The notes: generated from the sequence alone by a model not told the origin. Positions 38,526 to 48,157 are shown, counted from the stretch's first letter. The stretch: DNA of 64,000 nt from Oscillospiraceae bacterium (GCA_015068985.1 SVJL01000003.1:203-64202); one strand, 5' to 3'. Numbers and translations are program-made.

Positions 38526-38540
38526 TGATAATGATTATCA
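38526..38540. promoter_or_regulatory. Fur/Zur box, perfect 7-1-7 inverted repeat
   Basis: TGATAAT-G-ATTATCA lies between the -10 element and the zur start codon. Confidence 0.75.
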
Positions 38541-38547
38541 TTTTCAA

Positions 38548-38576
38548 ATTATATCAAAAAAAGCCTTTGCTGTCAA
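38548..38576 (-). promoter_or_regulatory. Consensus sigma-A promoter of zur-znuACB
   Basis: The minus strand reads TTGACA (38576-38571), a 17-nt spacer, then TATAAT (38553-38548). Confidence 0.7.
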
Positions 38577-38725
38577 CCTTTTGTTATCTGTATAAAGTTT
38601 GTAGTATATGTTGAAATGGAGTAGAGGTTTGTGTTATAATAGTCCGTGAAAGTCAAAGTTTCTTTTTTAATGATGATTTGACACGAGTAATAATTATGTC
38701 GAATAATGTTGAAAGGAGAATTTTT

Positions 38726-39070
38726 ATGTACAAAAGAATTGAACAACTAAAAACGGATACAAAATTTAACAATATGGGCAAAGAAAAAATGTTTAAAACA
38801 AACCTTGCAGATTTTGATGCATGGGACCCGAGAGTCAGACTTTTTTCTTTGATTCAGCTAAAGTCCGGAGAAGAAGTAGAATATCATATGCATGTTGGAG
38901 AGAGCGAGACTTTTTTTATTCTTTCCGGTCAAGGCGTATATAATGACAACGGCAACAAAATCGAAGTCTCTCCCGGCATGGTAACATTAACTCCGTCAGG
39001 TCAGGGTCATGCCATAAAAAACACCGGTGATGATATGCTGGTTTTTATAGCATTGATTGTTGTTGAATAA
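38726..39070 (+). CDS. Cupin domain protein
   Basis: GEEVEYHMHVGESETFFILSGQG...GQGHAIKN fits the two-motif cupin pattern. The ATG at 38726 follows AAAGGAGA. Confidence 0.7.
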   Translation: MYKRIEQLKTDTKFNNMGKEKMFKTNLADFDAWDPRVRLFSLIQLKSGEEVEYHMHVGESETFFILSGQGVYNDNGNKIEVSPGMVTLTPSGQGHAIKNTGDDMLVFIALIVVE

Positions 39071-39099
39071 ATTAAAGATAATAGAATGGGAGTAAAATC

Positions 39100-39852
39100 A
39101 TGATTCATTCGGTTTTAATTATAGGTCAGTCAAATATGGCAGGGAGAGGGTTTAAAGATGAGGTGGAACCAATAAAGAATGAGCGGTTAAAGGTGCTCAG
39201 AAATGGAAGATGGGTACCAATGTTTGTTCCTGTTAATCCCGACCGTGTAACCTCGGGCATCAATCTTGTTGAGAGCTTTGCCGATTTGTATGCTAAAGAA
39301 CATAGCGTCGATGTGGGCATTATTCCTTGTGCAGACGGCGGAACAAGCCTTGACCAGTGGCAGGTTGGCGGGTTGCTTTTTGACCATGCTTGTTATATGG
39401 CAGCTCTTGCCTCCCGAACATCAACAATTTCTGCTGTTTTGTGGCATCAGGGAGAGTCGGAATGCTCACCGCAGCTATATCCTTTGTACGAAAAAAAGCT
39501 CACAGTCATATTTGATGCATTACGCAAAAAGCTTGATTTATACGACGTTCCATTTTTGGTTGGCGGTCTTGGTGAGTTTTTGGAAAATTTTGAAGGTTCT
39601 GATATTTTCAAAAACTATGTTTATGTTAATGAAGCTCTTGAGAATGTGGCAAACAACAACAAAATGACAGGCTTTGTGTCTGCCAAAGGATTAAAGGGCA
39701 ATCCCGATAATATGCATTTTTCGGCAGCAGCACTCAGAGAGTTCGGCGTACGTTATTATAATGAGTTTCTTAAATTGGAAGACAAAAACAAGGTGTTTGC
39801 AGAAAAGAGCACTCCCGATCAGGCAATAAGAACTGGCATAGAGCATTTGTGA
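39100..39852 (+). CDS. Sialate O-acetylesterase-like (SASA/DUF303) carbohydrate esterase
   Basis: The IIGQSNMAGRG, CADGGTSL and WHQGESE motifs are characteristic of the family. Confidence 0.7.
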   Translation: MIHSVLIIGQSNMAGRGFKDEVEPIKNERLKVLRNGRWVPMFVPVNPDRVTSGINLVESFADLYAKEHSVDVGIIPCADGGTSLDQWQVGGLLFDHACYMAALASRTSTISAVLWHQGESECSPQLYPLYEKKLTVIFDALRKKLDLYDVPFLVGGLGEFLENFEGSDIFKNYVYVNEALENVANNNKMTGFVSAKGLKGNPDNMHFSAAALREFGVRYYNEFLKLEDKNKVFAEKSTPDQAIRTGIEHL

Positions 39853-39938
39853 TTTATAAGTAATTTGTTAAAAACTAAGCTACAGATAATGATGAATTTA
39901 TAGGATATAAACACAGGAAAATTACTGAGGTGATAAAA

Positions 39939-40868
39939 ATGAACAGAGAAGAGCTTTTAAAGGTTATTGGCTCTGTTGAACAAATCGGCGGTGTGCGTGA
40001 TTTTGTTTTCAACGATGGCAGAGCTAAAGGCGTCAGAGCCATCGAAATAAACACAGGCAAAATCTGTTTTACCCTTTTGCCCGACCGTGGACTCGACATT
40101 GCCAACGCAAGCTTTATGGGCACAAATGTGAGTTGGATTTCAAAAACGGGCATAACCGACCCCCGTTTTTACGAAAAAGCCGACAATGGATTTTTACGTG
40201 GCTTTTTTGGCGGTCTGGTAACAACCTGCGGTCTCAAAAATATTGGCGGTGGAGTTGGAGAATACGGTCTTCACGACCGTGTATCAAATACTCCTGCCGA
40301 AAAGGTGAGCGTGTTTGCCGACTGGGTTGGTGATGATTATTGCATGGAGGTATCGGCTCATATCAGGCAGTGTAAGGTGTTTGGCGAAAACATCGTAATC
40401 AAAAGAACCATAAAAACAAAGCTCTTTTCTAATAGCTTCACACTCACAGACACCATAGTCAACGAGGGCCACAGCGATGAGGATTTTGCAATTGCATATC
40501 ACTGCAATTTCGGATACCCCCTCGTAAGAGAGGGTGCAAAAATTATAAATGTGCCCGAAGATATTGCCGCCATCTCAGGTCCCATCCACGGCAAAGAGGA
40601 AGAATGTATCGGCGTTCCTCAGTCGGGCGACAGACCAACCGTTGGCATCGAAAACGGTGAAATGGGAGCATATATTACCTACGATAAACAAACAATGCCC
40701 TCGTTTTTGGTGTGGAAAATGCTGGGTGAGAGCGAGTATGTTGTTGGTCTCGAACCACGCACAACCAACTTTGGCGGTCAGAACATCATCAATAACAATG
40801 CATTTGTTGCACTCAAACCTTTTGAAGAATACAAATCGCGTCTTGAGTTTGAATTTAAAAGTTTGTGA
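39939..40868 (+). CDS. Aldose 1-epimerase family protein (DUF4432-like)
   Basis: LLPDRGLDI, GGLVTTCGL and GLHDRVSNTP fit the DUF4432/LacX-like mutarotase pattern. The ATG at 39939 follows GAGGTG. Confidence 0.65.
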   Translation: MNREELLKVIGSVEQIGGVRDFVFNDGRAKGVRAIEINTGKICFTLLPDRGLDIANASFMGTNVSWISKTGITDPRFYEKADNGFLRGFFGGLVTTCGLKNIGGGVGEYGLHDRVSNTPAEKVSVFADWVGDDYCMEVSAHIRQCKVFGENIVIKRTIKTKLFSNSFTLTDTIVNEGHSDEDFAIAYHCNFGYPLVREGAKIINVPEDIAAISGPIHGKEEECIGVPQSGDRPTVGIENGEMGAYITYDKQTMPSFLVWKMLGESEYVVGLEPRTTNFGGQNIINNNAFVALKPFEEYKSRLEFEFKSL

Positions 40869-40890
40869 GCAATTGCGTAGCATAGAAAAG

Positions 40891-41058
40891 GAATGTTTTG
40901 AAGCGGTCTTCAATCGCAACGGCAGAGTTACAGAGTGTGCCCACAGCAATGTTCACATCATAAAGGACGGCACATCTGTTGGCGGAAAAGACGAAAAAAC
41001 TCTGGCTCTTCTTCAAAACGCAATGCTTAGTGAATTTACAAAAGAAACCGACATATAA
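40891..41058 (+). pseudogene. Remnant of a class IV (D-amino-acid/branched-chain) aminotransferase
   Basis: ECFEAVFNRNGRVTECAHSNVHIIKDGT aligns with the GCYEAILHRNNTVTEGSSSNVFGIKDGI block of Bacillus D-amino-acid aminotransferase. There is no N-terminal domain, no start codon context, and the tail diverges. Confidence 0.5.
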
Positions 41059-41112
41059 TTTTTGATAAGTACCACGCATATATTTATATAAAAAGTAAAG
41101 GGGTGTAATATT

Positions 41113-41997
41113 ATGAAACATACCATTTTTACCGGCTCTGCAACAGCACTTGTAACACCAATGAGCGACAAAGGCGTTAATTTTGATGCACTAAAAAACA
41201 TTATCGAATTTCAAATCAAAAACAGCACCGACGCACTTGTGATTTGCGGCACCACAGGAGAAGCTCCCACATTGGAAGACAGCGAGCACCTTGCAGCCAT
41301 CGAGTGTGCCGTTGATGCTGCAAAAGGCCGTATCCCGGTTATTGCAGGCACAGGAAGCAACAACACCGCCCACGCAGTTATGATGAACAAGGAGGCTCAA
41401 AAGCTAGGTGCCGACGGACTTTTGTGGGTTGCACCATATTATAACAAAAGCACTCAGCGAGGACTTATTGAACATTACAAAACCCTTGCTGCATCAACCG
41501 ATTTGCCTGCCATACTCTACAATGTGCCATCACGCACCGGTTCCGATATTCAGCCGGCAACAGTTGAGACTCTTTCAAAAATTGAAAACATTGTTGCCAT
41601 CAAGGAGGCAACGGGCGACCTTGCACGCACAGTCGACATTATCTCACGTTGCGGTGATAACATAGATGTTTATTCGGGCAATGACGATGTTGTTGTGCCA
41701 ATGATGAGTGTTGGTGCCAAAGGTGTTATTTCGGTTCTTTCCAACGTTATGCCAAAAGAAACTCACGATATGTGTGCTTTATGCTCAGATGGCGACTACA
41801 AAACAGCAGGGGAGATGCAGGTTAAATTTTTCCCTCTCATAAAAGCTCTGTTTTGTGAAGTTAACCCCATTCCCGTCAAAACCGCAATGAACCTTATGGG
41901 ATTTGATGCAGGTGCTTTAAGACTCCCACTTTTTGAAATGGAAGAAAAGAATCTGGAAACCATGAAAAAAGAAATGAAAAAGCTTAATCTTATCTAG
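41113..41997 (+). CDS. dapA: 4-hydroxy-tetrahydrodipicolinate synthase paralog (second DapA-family gene)
   Basis: The [13 protein letters not shown] and VAIKEATGD motifs are all retained. By eye it is somewhat over half identical to the dapA at 17154-18041. Confidence 0.8.
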   Translation: MKHTIFTGSATALVTPMSDKGVNFDALKNIIEFQIKNSTDALVICGTTGEAPTLEDSEHLAAIECAVDAAKGRIPVIAGTGSNNTAHAVMMNKEAQKLGADGLLWVAPYYNKSTQRGLIEHYKTLAASTDLPAILYNVPSRTGSDIQPATVETLSKIENIVAIKEATGDLARTVDIISRCGDNIDVYSGNDDVVVPMMSVGAKGVISVLSNVMPKETHDMCALCSDGDYKTAGEMQVKFFPLIKALFCEVNPIPVKTAMNLMGFDAGALRLPLFEMEEKNLETMKKEMKKLNLI

Positions 41998-42015
41998 TTA
42001 ATTAATCCTAAACAA

Positions 42016-42052
42016 CAAAAAACCTTAGCTGCGGCTAAGGTTTTTTTTGTTG
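42016..42052. terminator. Bidirectional intrinsic terminator
   Basis: CAAAAAACCTTAGC-(TGCG)-GCTAAGGTTTTTTTTG. Confidence 0.75.
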
Positions 42053-42054
42053 TT

Positions 42055-42927
42055 TTAATCTTCAATATAAAAATATTTAAGCATCATATTAACATTCTGA
42101 CGCCATTTTTTTGGTGACATACCAAAATAGCTTTTAAACAGCTTTGAGAAATGAGCGGCATCATCAAAACCAACCCGGTTCATAACCTCAATAATCGAAA
42201 GGTCAGACTCTTCAAGCAAGCGTTTGGCATTTTCAAGCTTAAGTGTCCGCATATATTTTGCCGGAGTAAGGCCGGTTTTTTCTTTAAAGGTTCTGATAAA
42301 GTAGTTGGGGTGAAGATGACAAAATTCCGACAGGTTTTTTATTGACAAGTTTTTGTCTATGTTATTTTCAATATACTTTGTAACGTTATCCACCAGTGTG
42401 TCGCTTTGTCTTTTCACCGATGGCTGCTTTTTCGATTGATTTGCAAGGGTGATGTAGCTGCCAAAAAGCTCTATCAGACACACCTTCTCACGCAGCTTGT
42501 CGCAAATCTGGTCACCGTGAACAGCCTTTGTAAATTCATCAAAAAAACGGTCTACGTTTTTTTGCGTTTCAGCGTTTTCAATATCAATATAGTAGGGGAG
42601 ATTAAGTATTTTGAAAAAATCAACCGTGTTTGGATACAGGTCAAAATGCATCCAGTATTTACTGAATGGAGCTGTTTTGTCGTTTTGGTAATAATGACTC
42701 ACTCCTGCCGGAATAAAAAACCATCTTCCGGCTTTTCCTTCATATTTTTTACCTTCAATAACAATCTCGCATCTGCCGTTTTTTATGTAGTAAAACTTGT
42801 TCTGAGCAAACTTTTCTTGCCCCAAACTCCAGTTGTCGCCTGTGTCTATCGAAAAAAATCCGCCAATATGACACACAGGGTTCATATTGGAAAAATATAC
42901 GTCCTGCAAGAATTCCACAGCTCTCAC
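42055..42927 (-). CDS. AraC family transcriptional regulator
   Basis: Cupin-type N-terminal sensor domain. The C-terminal double HTH reads LSEFCHLHPNYFIRTFKEKTGLTPAKY...VGFDDAAHFSKLFKSYFGMSP. Confidence 0.85.
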   Translation of the reverse strand: MRAVEFLQDVYFSNMNPVCHIGGFFSIDTGDNWSLGQEKFAQNKFYYIKNGRCEIVIEGKKYEGKAGRWFFIPAGVSHYYQNDKTAPFSKYWMHFDLYPNTVDFFKILNLPYYIDIENAETQKNVDRFFDEFTKAVHGDQICDKLREKVCLIELFGSYITLANQSKKQPSVKRQSDTLVDNVTKYIENNIDKNLSIKNLSEFCHLHPNYFIRTFKEKTGLTPAKYMRTLKLENAKRLLEESDLSIIEVMNRVGFDDAAHFSKLFKSYFGMSPKKWRQNVNMMLKYFYIED

Positions 42928-43045
42928 CTCACCACAATGTTAGTTTTTGACAAGTTTGCGATAATAACCTGTATTTTAAATTGATTATAACAGATGTATA
43001 ATTGAATTGTCAAATACAAATATATTTTTGTTGCGGGAGGAAAGC

Positions 43046-43885
43046 ATGATTAACAAACAAGATATAATAAACTCAGCAACTAATCTTGGCCTGAAAAAAG
43101 GCGACACGGTTTTAATACATTCTTCATTCAAAAGTCTTGGTCCGGTAGAAAATGGGGCAAGTGATGTTATTGATGGATTTATGAGTGTTTTGACCGGTGA
43201 CGGCACGCTTGTTATGCCAACCTTTGTTCAGAAGGATTTTGCCAATGCATACGAAACATGGCATCTCGACAAGCCTTCCGATACCGGCTATCTTACCGAG
43301 TTTTTCCGCAAGCTTCCTGCAGCTTACCGCAGCGATCAGGCCACTCACTCGGTTGCTGCAATGGGCAAAATGGCACAAGAGCTCACCAAAACCCACGGTC
43401 ATAGTGCAAAACGTTTTGGTAATATGGGAGATACTCCCTTCTCATCTGATTCCCCTTGGGAAAAGATGTATGATTTAAATGCAAAGGTTGTTCTTTTGGG
43501 TGTTGATTTTATGTCTGTCACATTCAGGCATTACGCCGAATATCTATACATTGAAGCTTGTCTTGATTCTATTCGTAATCATCCGGAATTCAGCAGAATG
43601 AAAGCGGCTCTCGCAGCTCACAATAAGCCCGGAGCCTGGCCGCATGTGTATAATATGTGGGTCTATGAACAGCTGCTCGCAAAAGATGCAGTAAAAAGCA
43701 GCCAATGCGGAAATGCAACCTTGCTTTGCGTAGACTCAAAGGTTTTTGTAGATTTTGTGTTGAAAGCACTTTTATCAGATACAGACGACGTCCTTTGGGT
43801 GTGTCCAACTCCCGGCATATGGGATGTTAACGAGTTTGTTGAATGGAGAGACAAACTGCACGCCATTCAAGCAGGAATAAATTAA
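43046..43885 (+). CDS. AAC(3)-fold (Antibiotic_NAT family) N-acetyltransferase, YokD-like; substrate unknown
   Basis: GLKKGDTVLIHSSFKSLGPVENGASDVIDGF...GTLVMPTF is the family N-terminal signature. The ATG at 43046 follows GGGAGGAAA. Confidence 0.7.
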   Translation: MINKQDIINSATNLGLKKGDTVLIHSSFKSLGPVENGASDVIDGFMSVLTGDGTLVMPTFVQKDFANAYETWHLDKPSDTGYLTEFFRKLPAAYRSDQATHSVAAMGKMAQELTKTHGHSAKRFGNMGDTPFSSDSPWEKMYDLNAKVVLLGVDFMSVTFRHYAEYLYIEACLDSIRNHPEFSRMKAALAAHNKPGAWPHVYNMWVYEQLLAKDAVKSSQCGNATLLCVDSKVFVDFVLKALLSDTDDVLWVCPTPGIWDVNEFVEWRDKLHAIQAGIN

Positions 43886-43901
43886 TCGGAGGATTTCAAA
43901 A

Positions 43902-44798
43902 ATGTTTATAGATATTCATGCTCACGCATATCGTTTTCCGCAAAAATTTGTGTGCGAATTTTGCAGTGCCGAACAGCTTTTGGAAAGATGGGACGAACTT
44001 GGCATATCAAAGGGAGTTGTGCTTCCAATTGTTAACCCCGAAGTATATTTGCCTCAGTCCAACGAAGATATATTGGAAATGGCAGAAAAATATCCCGACA
44101 GGATAATCCCTTTTTGTAATGTTGACCCTCGAAGCATAAAAAACAATGCATATGCCGATTTTGAACCTATATTGCAATATTACAAAGACAGAGGCTGCAA
44201 GGGCATTGGAGAGATTATGCCAAAAATGGATTTGTCGGATCCGAAGCTTCAGAACCTGCTCTATTATGCACAAAAGGTAGGCCTTCCGGTAACGCTTGAC
44301 GGAGCACCTCAAAGAGATATTGGCTTTGGAATTTATGATGATCCCGGCCTTCCAAAGCTTGAAATGACGCTTATCAGCTTTCCAGAGCTTATTGTGCTGG
44401 GGCATGGTCCGTGGTTTTGGGCAGAGCTTGCAAAGCTTGAAACTCCGGGTGAAAGAGGCTATTTCTATACAGCTCGCGGTCAACAGGTGGGCAATATGAA
44501 TCGTTCACCAATCATTGAAGAGGGCGTTGTTCCCAAGCTTTTGCGCAAATATCCCAATTTGTATGGTGACCTTTCCGACATATCGCCCTATTATATGCTT
44601 TCAAGAAACCCTGAATTTGGTGCTGCATTCCTTACGGAATTTCAAGACAGAATGTTTTTTGGCACAGACATTGTGAGCCCGTCTATGCCGGTTGATATCA
44701 TCGGAATGCTCAACACTTGGCTTGCAGACGGATTGCTCACAAAAGAGGTTTACGATAAAATAACTCACAAAAACGCCGAACGTTTTTTGGGGTTATAA
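43902..44798 (+). CDS. Amidohydrolase-2 type TIM-barrel metal-dependent hydrolase
   Basis: It starts MFIDIHAHA (an HxH metal motif) and is 298 aa. Confidence 0.7.
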   Translation: MFIDIHAHAYRFPQKFVCEFCSAEQLLERWDELGISKGVVLPIVNPEVYLPQSNEDILEMAEKYPDRIIPFCNVDPRSIKNNAYADFEPILQYYKDRGCKGIGEIMPKMDLSDPKLQNLLYYAQKVGLPVTLDGAPQRDIGFGIYDDPGLPKLEMTLISFPELIVLGHGPWFWAELAKLETPGERGYFYTARGQQVGNMNRSPIIEEGVVPKLLRKYPNLYGDLSDISPYYMLSRNPEFGAAFLTEFQDRMFFGTDIVSPSMPVDIIGMLNTWLADGLLTKEVYDKITHKNAERFLGL

Positions 44799-44886
44799 TC
44801 CAACCACTTAGTAATCACCATAAATTACCAATATAAAACAAAAATATCTATGATATAATTTTAACGTATGAACAGGAGAGATAGCA

Positions 44887-46152
44887 ATGAAAAAACTCAC
44901 AGCAATAGTTATCGGATATGGTATGAGAGGTCAGGCATATGCTCAATATGCCATAGATAACCCCGAAAAGCTCTCTGTTGTTGCAGTTGCCGATATCGAA
45001 AAAGACCGTCTGGAGCTTGCAAAGAAAAATCATAACATATCGGACGATATGCTTTTTGCCACATGGGAAGACATTGTAAAGGTTCCAAAGCTTGCCGACT
45101 TTGCAATCATAGCAACTCAGGACGATATGCACACTCAGCCCGCAATAAAATGTATGGAGCTTGGCTATGACCTTCTTTTGGAAAAGCCAATGGCAGCCAA
45201 TGCAAAAGAGTGTAAAGAGATTTACGAAGCAAGCCAAAAATACGGACGCAAGGTAATTGTGTGTCACGTTCTCAGGTTCACTCAGTTCTGGTGCACTCTC
45301 AAAGATATTATAGACAGAGGCGAAATTGGCAAGCCCATGTCGATGATTCATATGGAAAACGTGGGCATTATGCATCAAAGCCACAGCTTTGTTCGCGGTA
45401 ACTGGCGAAACAGCATCGAATCTTCGCCAATGATTCTTGCAAAATCCTGTCACGATATGGACATTATGCAATGGGTAATCGGAAAGCCATGCAAAAAAAT
45501 CCAGTCCTTTGGTGACTTAACATATTTCAACAGGTCAAACCAACCCGATGGTGCACCTGACCGTTGCACTGATGGATGCCCTTATGCAGAAAGCTGCATT
45601 TTCGAACCTGTTCGCTACTACACACAGTGGAAAGAAAACCCATGGCGTGATACTGTTGCCAATAAGGTTGGTGCAACCGATGAAGACATTATTGAAGCAT
45701 TGAAAACCGGCCCCTATGGCAGATGCGTTTTTGCTTGCGACAATGACGTGGTTGACCATCAGGTTGTTAATATGGAATTTGATGGTGGATGCACTGCATC
45801 GTTCACAATGAGTGCTTTTAACAAAGGCGGCAGATTCACTAAAATATTTGGTGTTGAGGGCGAAATTGATGCCAATATGGAAACCGATGTTATAACGGTA
45901 CACAATTTTAAAAGTGACGAAACCAAAACTTATGAACTCGACAAAATAGGCGAAACAATCTCCTCCGGTCATGCAGGCGGCGACACCGGCATAATGGAAG
46001 ACCTTTTAGATTATTTTGGTGAGGGCAAAGCCTCCGGCTCAATCTGCAGCCTCTACACATCATATATGAACCACCTGATGTCTTTTGCTGCAGAAGAATC
46101 CAGACTTACCGACAAAATCATAAACCTCGAAAGCTATTCCGAAAACATATAA
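44887..46152 (+). CDS. Gfo/Idh/MocA family NAD(P)-dependent oxidoreductase (long form)
   Basis: The N-terminal Rossmann fold reads AIVIGYGMRGQAY and is followed by an EKP motif. The C-terminal domain is extended, giving 421 aa. Confidence 0.8.
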   Translation: MKKLTAIVIGYGMRGQAYAQYAIDNPEKLSVVAVADIEKDRLELAKKNHNISDDMLFATWEDIVKVPKLADFAIIATQDDMHTQPAIKCMELGYDLLLEKPMAANAKECKEIYEASQKYGRKVIVCHVLRFTQFWCTLKDIIDRGEIGKPMSMIHMENVGIMHQSHSFVRGNWRNSIESSPMILAKSCHDMDIMQWVIGKPCKKIQSFGDLTYFNRSNQPDGAPDRCTDGCPYAESCIFEPVRYYTQWKENPWRDTVANKVGATDEDIIEALKTGPYGRCVFACDNDVVDHQVVNMEFDGGCTASFTMSAFNKGGRFTKIFGVEGEIDANMETDVITVHNFKSDETKTYELDKIGETISSGHAGGDTGIMEDLLDYFGEGKASGSICSLYTSYMNHLMSFAAEESRLTDKIINLESYSENI

Positions 46153-46177
46153 CTCAGTAAAAAGGAGTCTGTATATT

Positions 46178-48157
46178 ATGAAAAAACCTAAGATTATTAT
46201 TTTTGCTCTGGATGGAGTAGGGGCTCATATGATTCGTGAGCAGGTTGAAACGGGAAAGCTTCCCGGATTTGCACGTCTTATGAAAAACGGCGTTTTCTTT
46301 GATGATATGATGTCTGTTTTTCCGACTATATCGCCCACTTGTTGGCATTCAATCTACACCGGTGCTGTGCCAAAGGTTCACGGTGCAGTTTGTGAAATGA
46401 TACATCACCCTGGTGACGAGCCATGGCAATTCGGAACATCATATAGCGAAAAAAATGTTCATGCCGACCGTATGTGGGATGTTATTGCACGAAATGGCGG
46501 AAAATCACTCGTAATATCGGCTCTTGGTGCCGGAGCTGATGATTCTTCAATGGTTACCTGTGTAAAAGGTGCCGCAATGTATAATCTCACTCCCGATAAA
46601 GCTGCTTCAGATGTTAATTTATCGGGTGTTCCTCAACAGTATTTTTCGGTCAGATTTGTTGACGACATTCCCCTTTATGCTCATAGCGTTTCAATGCCTC
46701 AGGGCGGTTGGAAAAACGTTGATAACGAAAGTGTTCGTTTTGCTTTCAAAAGAGCAAACACAAGCCGCAATTTGGTTGACGACAATATAGACCTTGGCGA
46801 CTGGAAAGTGTTTGATGAGGATTCAAAAAATAAAATTGTTGACGAAAACGTTTTTGAGTTTAAAACAATTACTAACGCACCTCGTTTTAACCCCAACGAA
46901 GTGGAAGATTTTACATGGACTTTGATTGTTGAAAAAGATGGCTTGAAAATTGGTGATAATGAAGCAAATGCTCAAAATTCCAAGGTAATTGGACAGCACC
47001 AATGGTCTGATGTTATTGCACGCAGACTCAGAACTGAAACAGGCGAATATGCCATCTTCAATTTCAGAGCATATTGTGAATTGTTTGATCCCAAAAATAA
47101 AACATACAGTATTTACATAACAGCTTCACGAAACCTTCTTAGAGAGGTTGTTCCAAAAAGTAAGGCAGAGGCTATAATGAATATTCCCGAAATTGACTCT
47201 GCCTGCTATGGCGATATGGCAACAAATGCCGATAAGTTTATGGAAAGCCTGAAGTTCCAGCTTTCGTGGAGAGAGCAAGTTATAAAATATGCAATAGAAA
47301 ATGAAGACTACGATTTAATGTTCACCTATTTTGGTACCAACGACTCCGTTAACCATTCCGAATTTGCAGTTTACCGCGATAGGGTAAATGTTAATGTTAC
47401 TAACACAAAGCATTATACTTCCGAAAGAGTGCAATCGGATTATGAACGTATTTACAAAATTGTTGATGACCATTTAAGCTGGGTTTTAGATAATGCAACT
47501 GATGAAAACACAATCGTTACGGTTTGTGCAGATCATGGTGCAATTGCCACAACCGATGACTATTTCCCTATGGAAATATTAAAAAATGCAGGTCTCACAA
47601 CCTACAAAAATTATGATTTCAATAAACTCAACTGGCGAAACGAGGGCATTGACTGGACAAAAACCAAGGCATATTGCGTTGGTAGCTGTTATGTTAATGT
47701 TAACTTAAAGGGCAGAGAACCCTGTGGCATTGTTGAACCCGAAGATTATGAAAAGGTTGTAAACGAGATAATTGTTGCACTCCATGCTCACGGTTTCACT
47801 CATGCAGGCACTCATCCCGGTGAATTTGCATTTGTTGTTCCGGGAAATCAGGCAGGATTTGTGGGCCTTGGCGGAGAGTGCTGTGGTGATGTTGTGTTTG
47901 GTCTGAAGGGCGGCGATATCGGAGGCTATTTTGGCGACGTTCATTCTGTTCAGATTCCGTCAGCGAAAAACGACGTGAGTGATATGCGTCCGGTGTGTAT
48001 AATGAGCGGAAAAGGCTTTAAAAAAGATCACATCCTCAAGCGTCCCACCGACCTTACAGATATTGCTCCGACTCTTCTGTATGCAAGTGGTTATCCACAG
48101 CCTGAGGATGCAACGGGCGGAGTTGTGTTTGCAGCTCTTGATAATAAAAACAAGTAA
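46178..48157 (+). CDS. Alkaline-phosphatase superfamily protein, NPP/phosphodiesterase-like (659 aa), no signal peptide
   Basis: IIFALDGVG, FPTISPTCWHSIYTGAVPKVHG (nucleophile region) and VCADHG motifs. Confidence 0.65.
   Translation: MKKPKIIIFALDGVGAHMIREQVETGKLPGFARLMKNGVFFDDMMSVFPTISPTCWHSIYTGAVPKVHGAVCEMIHHPGDEPWQFGTSYSEKNVHADRMWDVIARNGGKSLVISALGAGADDSSMVTCVKGAAMYNLTPDKAASDVNLSGVPQQYFSVRFVDDIPLYAHSVSMPQGGWKNVDNESVRFAFKRANTSRNLVDDNIDLGDWKVFDEDSKNKIVDENVFEFKTITNAPRFNPNEVEDFTWTLIVEKDGLKIGDNEANAQNSKVIGQHQWSDVIARRLRTETGEYAIFNFRAYCELFDPKNKTYSIYITASRNLLREVVPKSKAEAIMNIPEIDSACYGDMATNADKFMESLKFQLSWREQVIKYAIENEDYDLMFTYFGTNDSVNHSEFAVYRDRVNVNVTNTKHYTSERVQSDYERIYKIVDDHLSWVLDNATDENTIVTVCADHGAIATTDDYFPMEILKNAGLTTYKNYDFNKLNWRNEGIDWTKTKAYCVGSCYVNVNLKGREPCGIVEPEDYEKVVNEIIVALHAHGFTHAGTHPGEFAFVVPGNQAGFVGLGGECCGDVVFGLKGGDIGGYFGDVHSVQIPSAKNDVSDMRPVCIMSGKGFKKDHILKRPTDLTDIAPTLLYASGYPQPEDATGGVVFAALDNKNK

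Noticed and set aside
40549-41058. The 169-aa track ORF spanning the 3' end of the epimerase gene and the following spacer.
   Set aside because: Its first ~110 codons are an out-of-frame overlap with the DUF4432 gene. Only the last ~55 codons, the aminotransferase fossil, carry signal.
41113-41997. The second DapA-family gene as an N-acetylneuraminate lyase, because of the neighbouring SASA esterase.
   Set aside because: It keeps the YNVPSRTG arginine typical of true dihydrodipicolinate synthases and closely resembles the dapA in the L-box operon. The NanA call is therefore not supported.
43046-43885. AAC(3)-family gene as an aminoglycoside-resistance determinant.
   Set aside because: It sits inside a sugar-type operon under an AraC regulator with no mobile-element context. 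The family includes non-resistance members such as YokD. Sequence alone does not support a resistance call.
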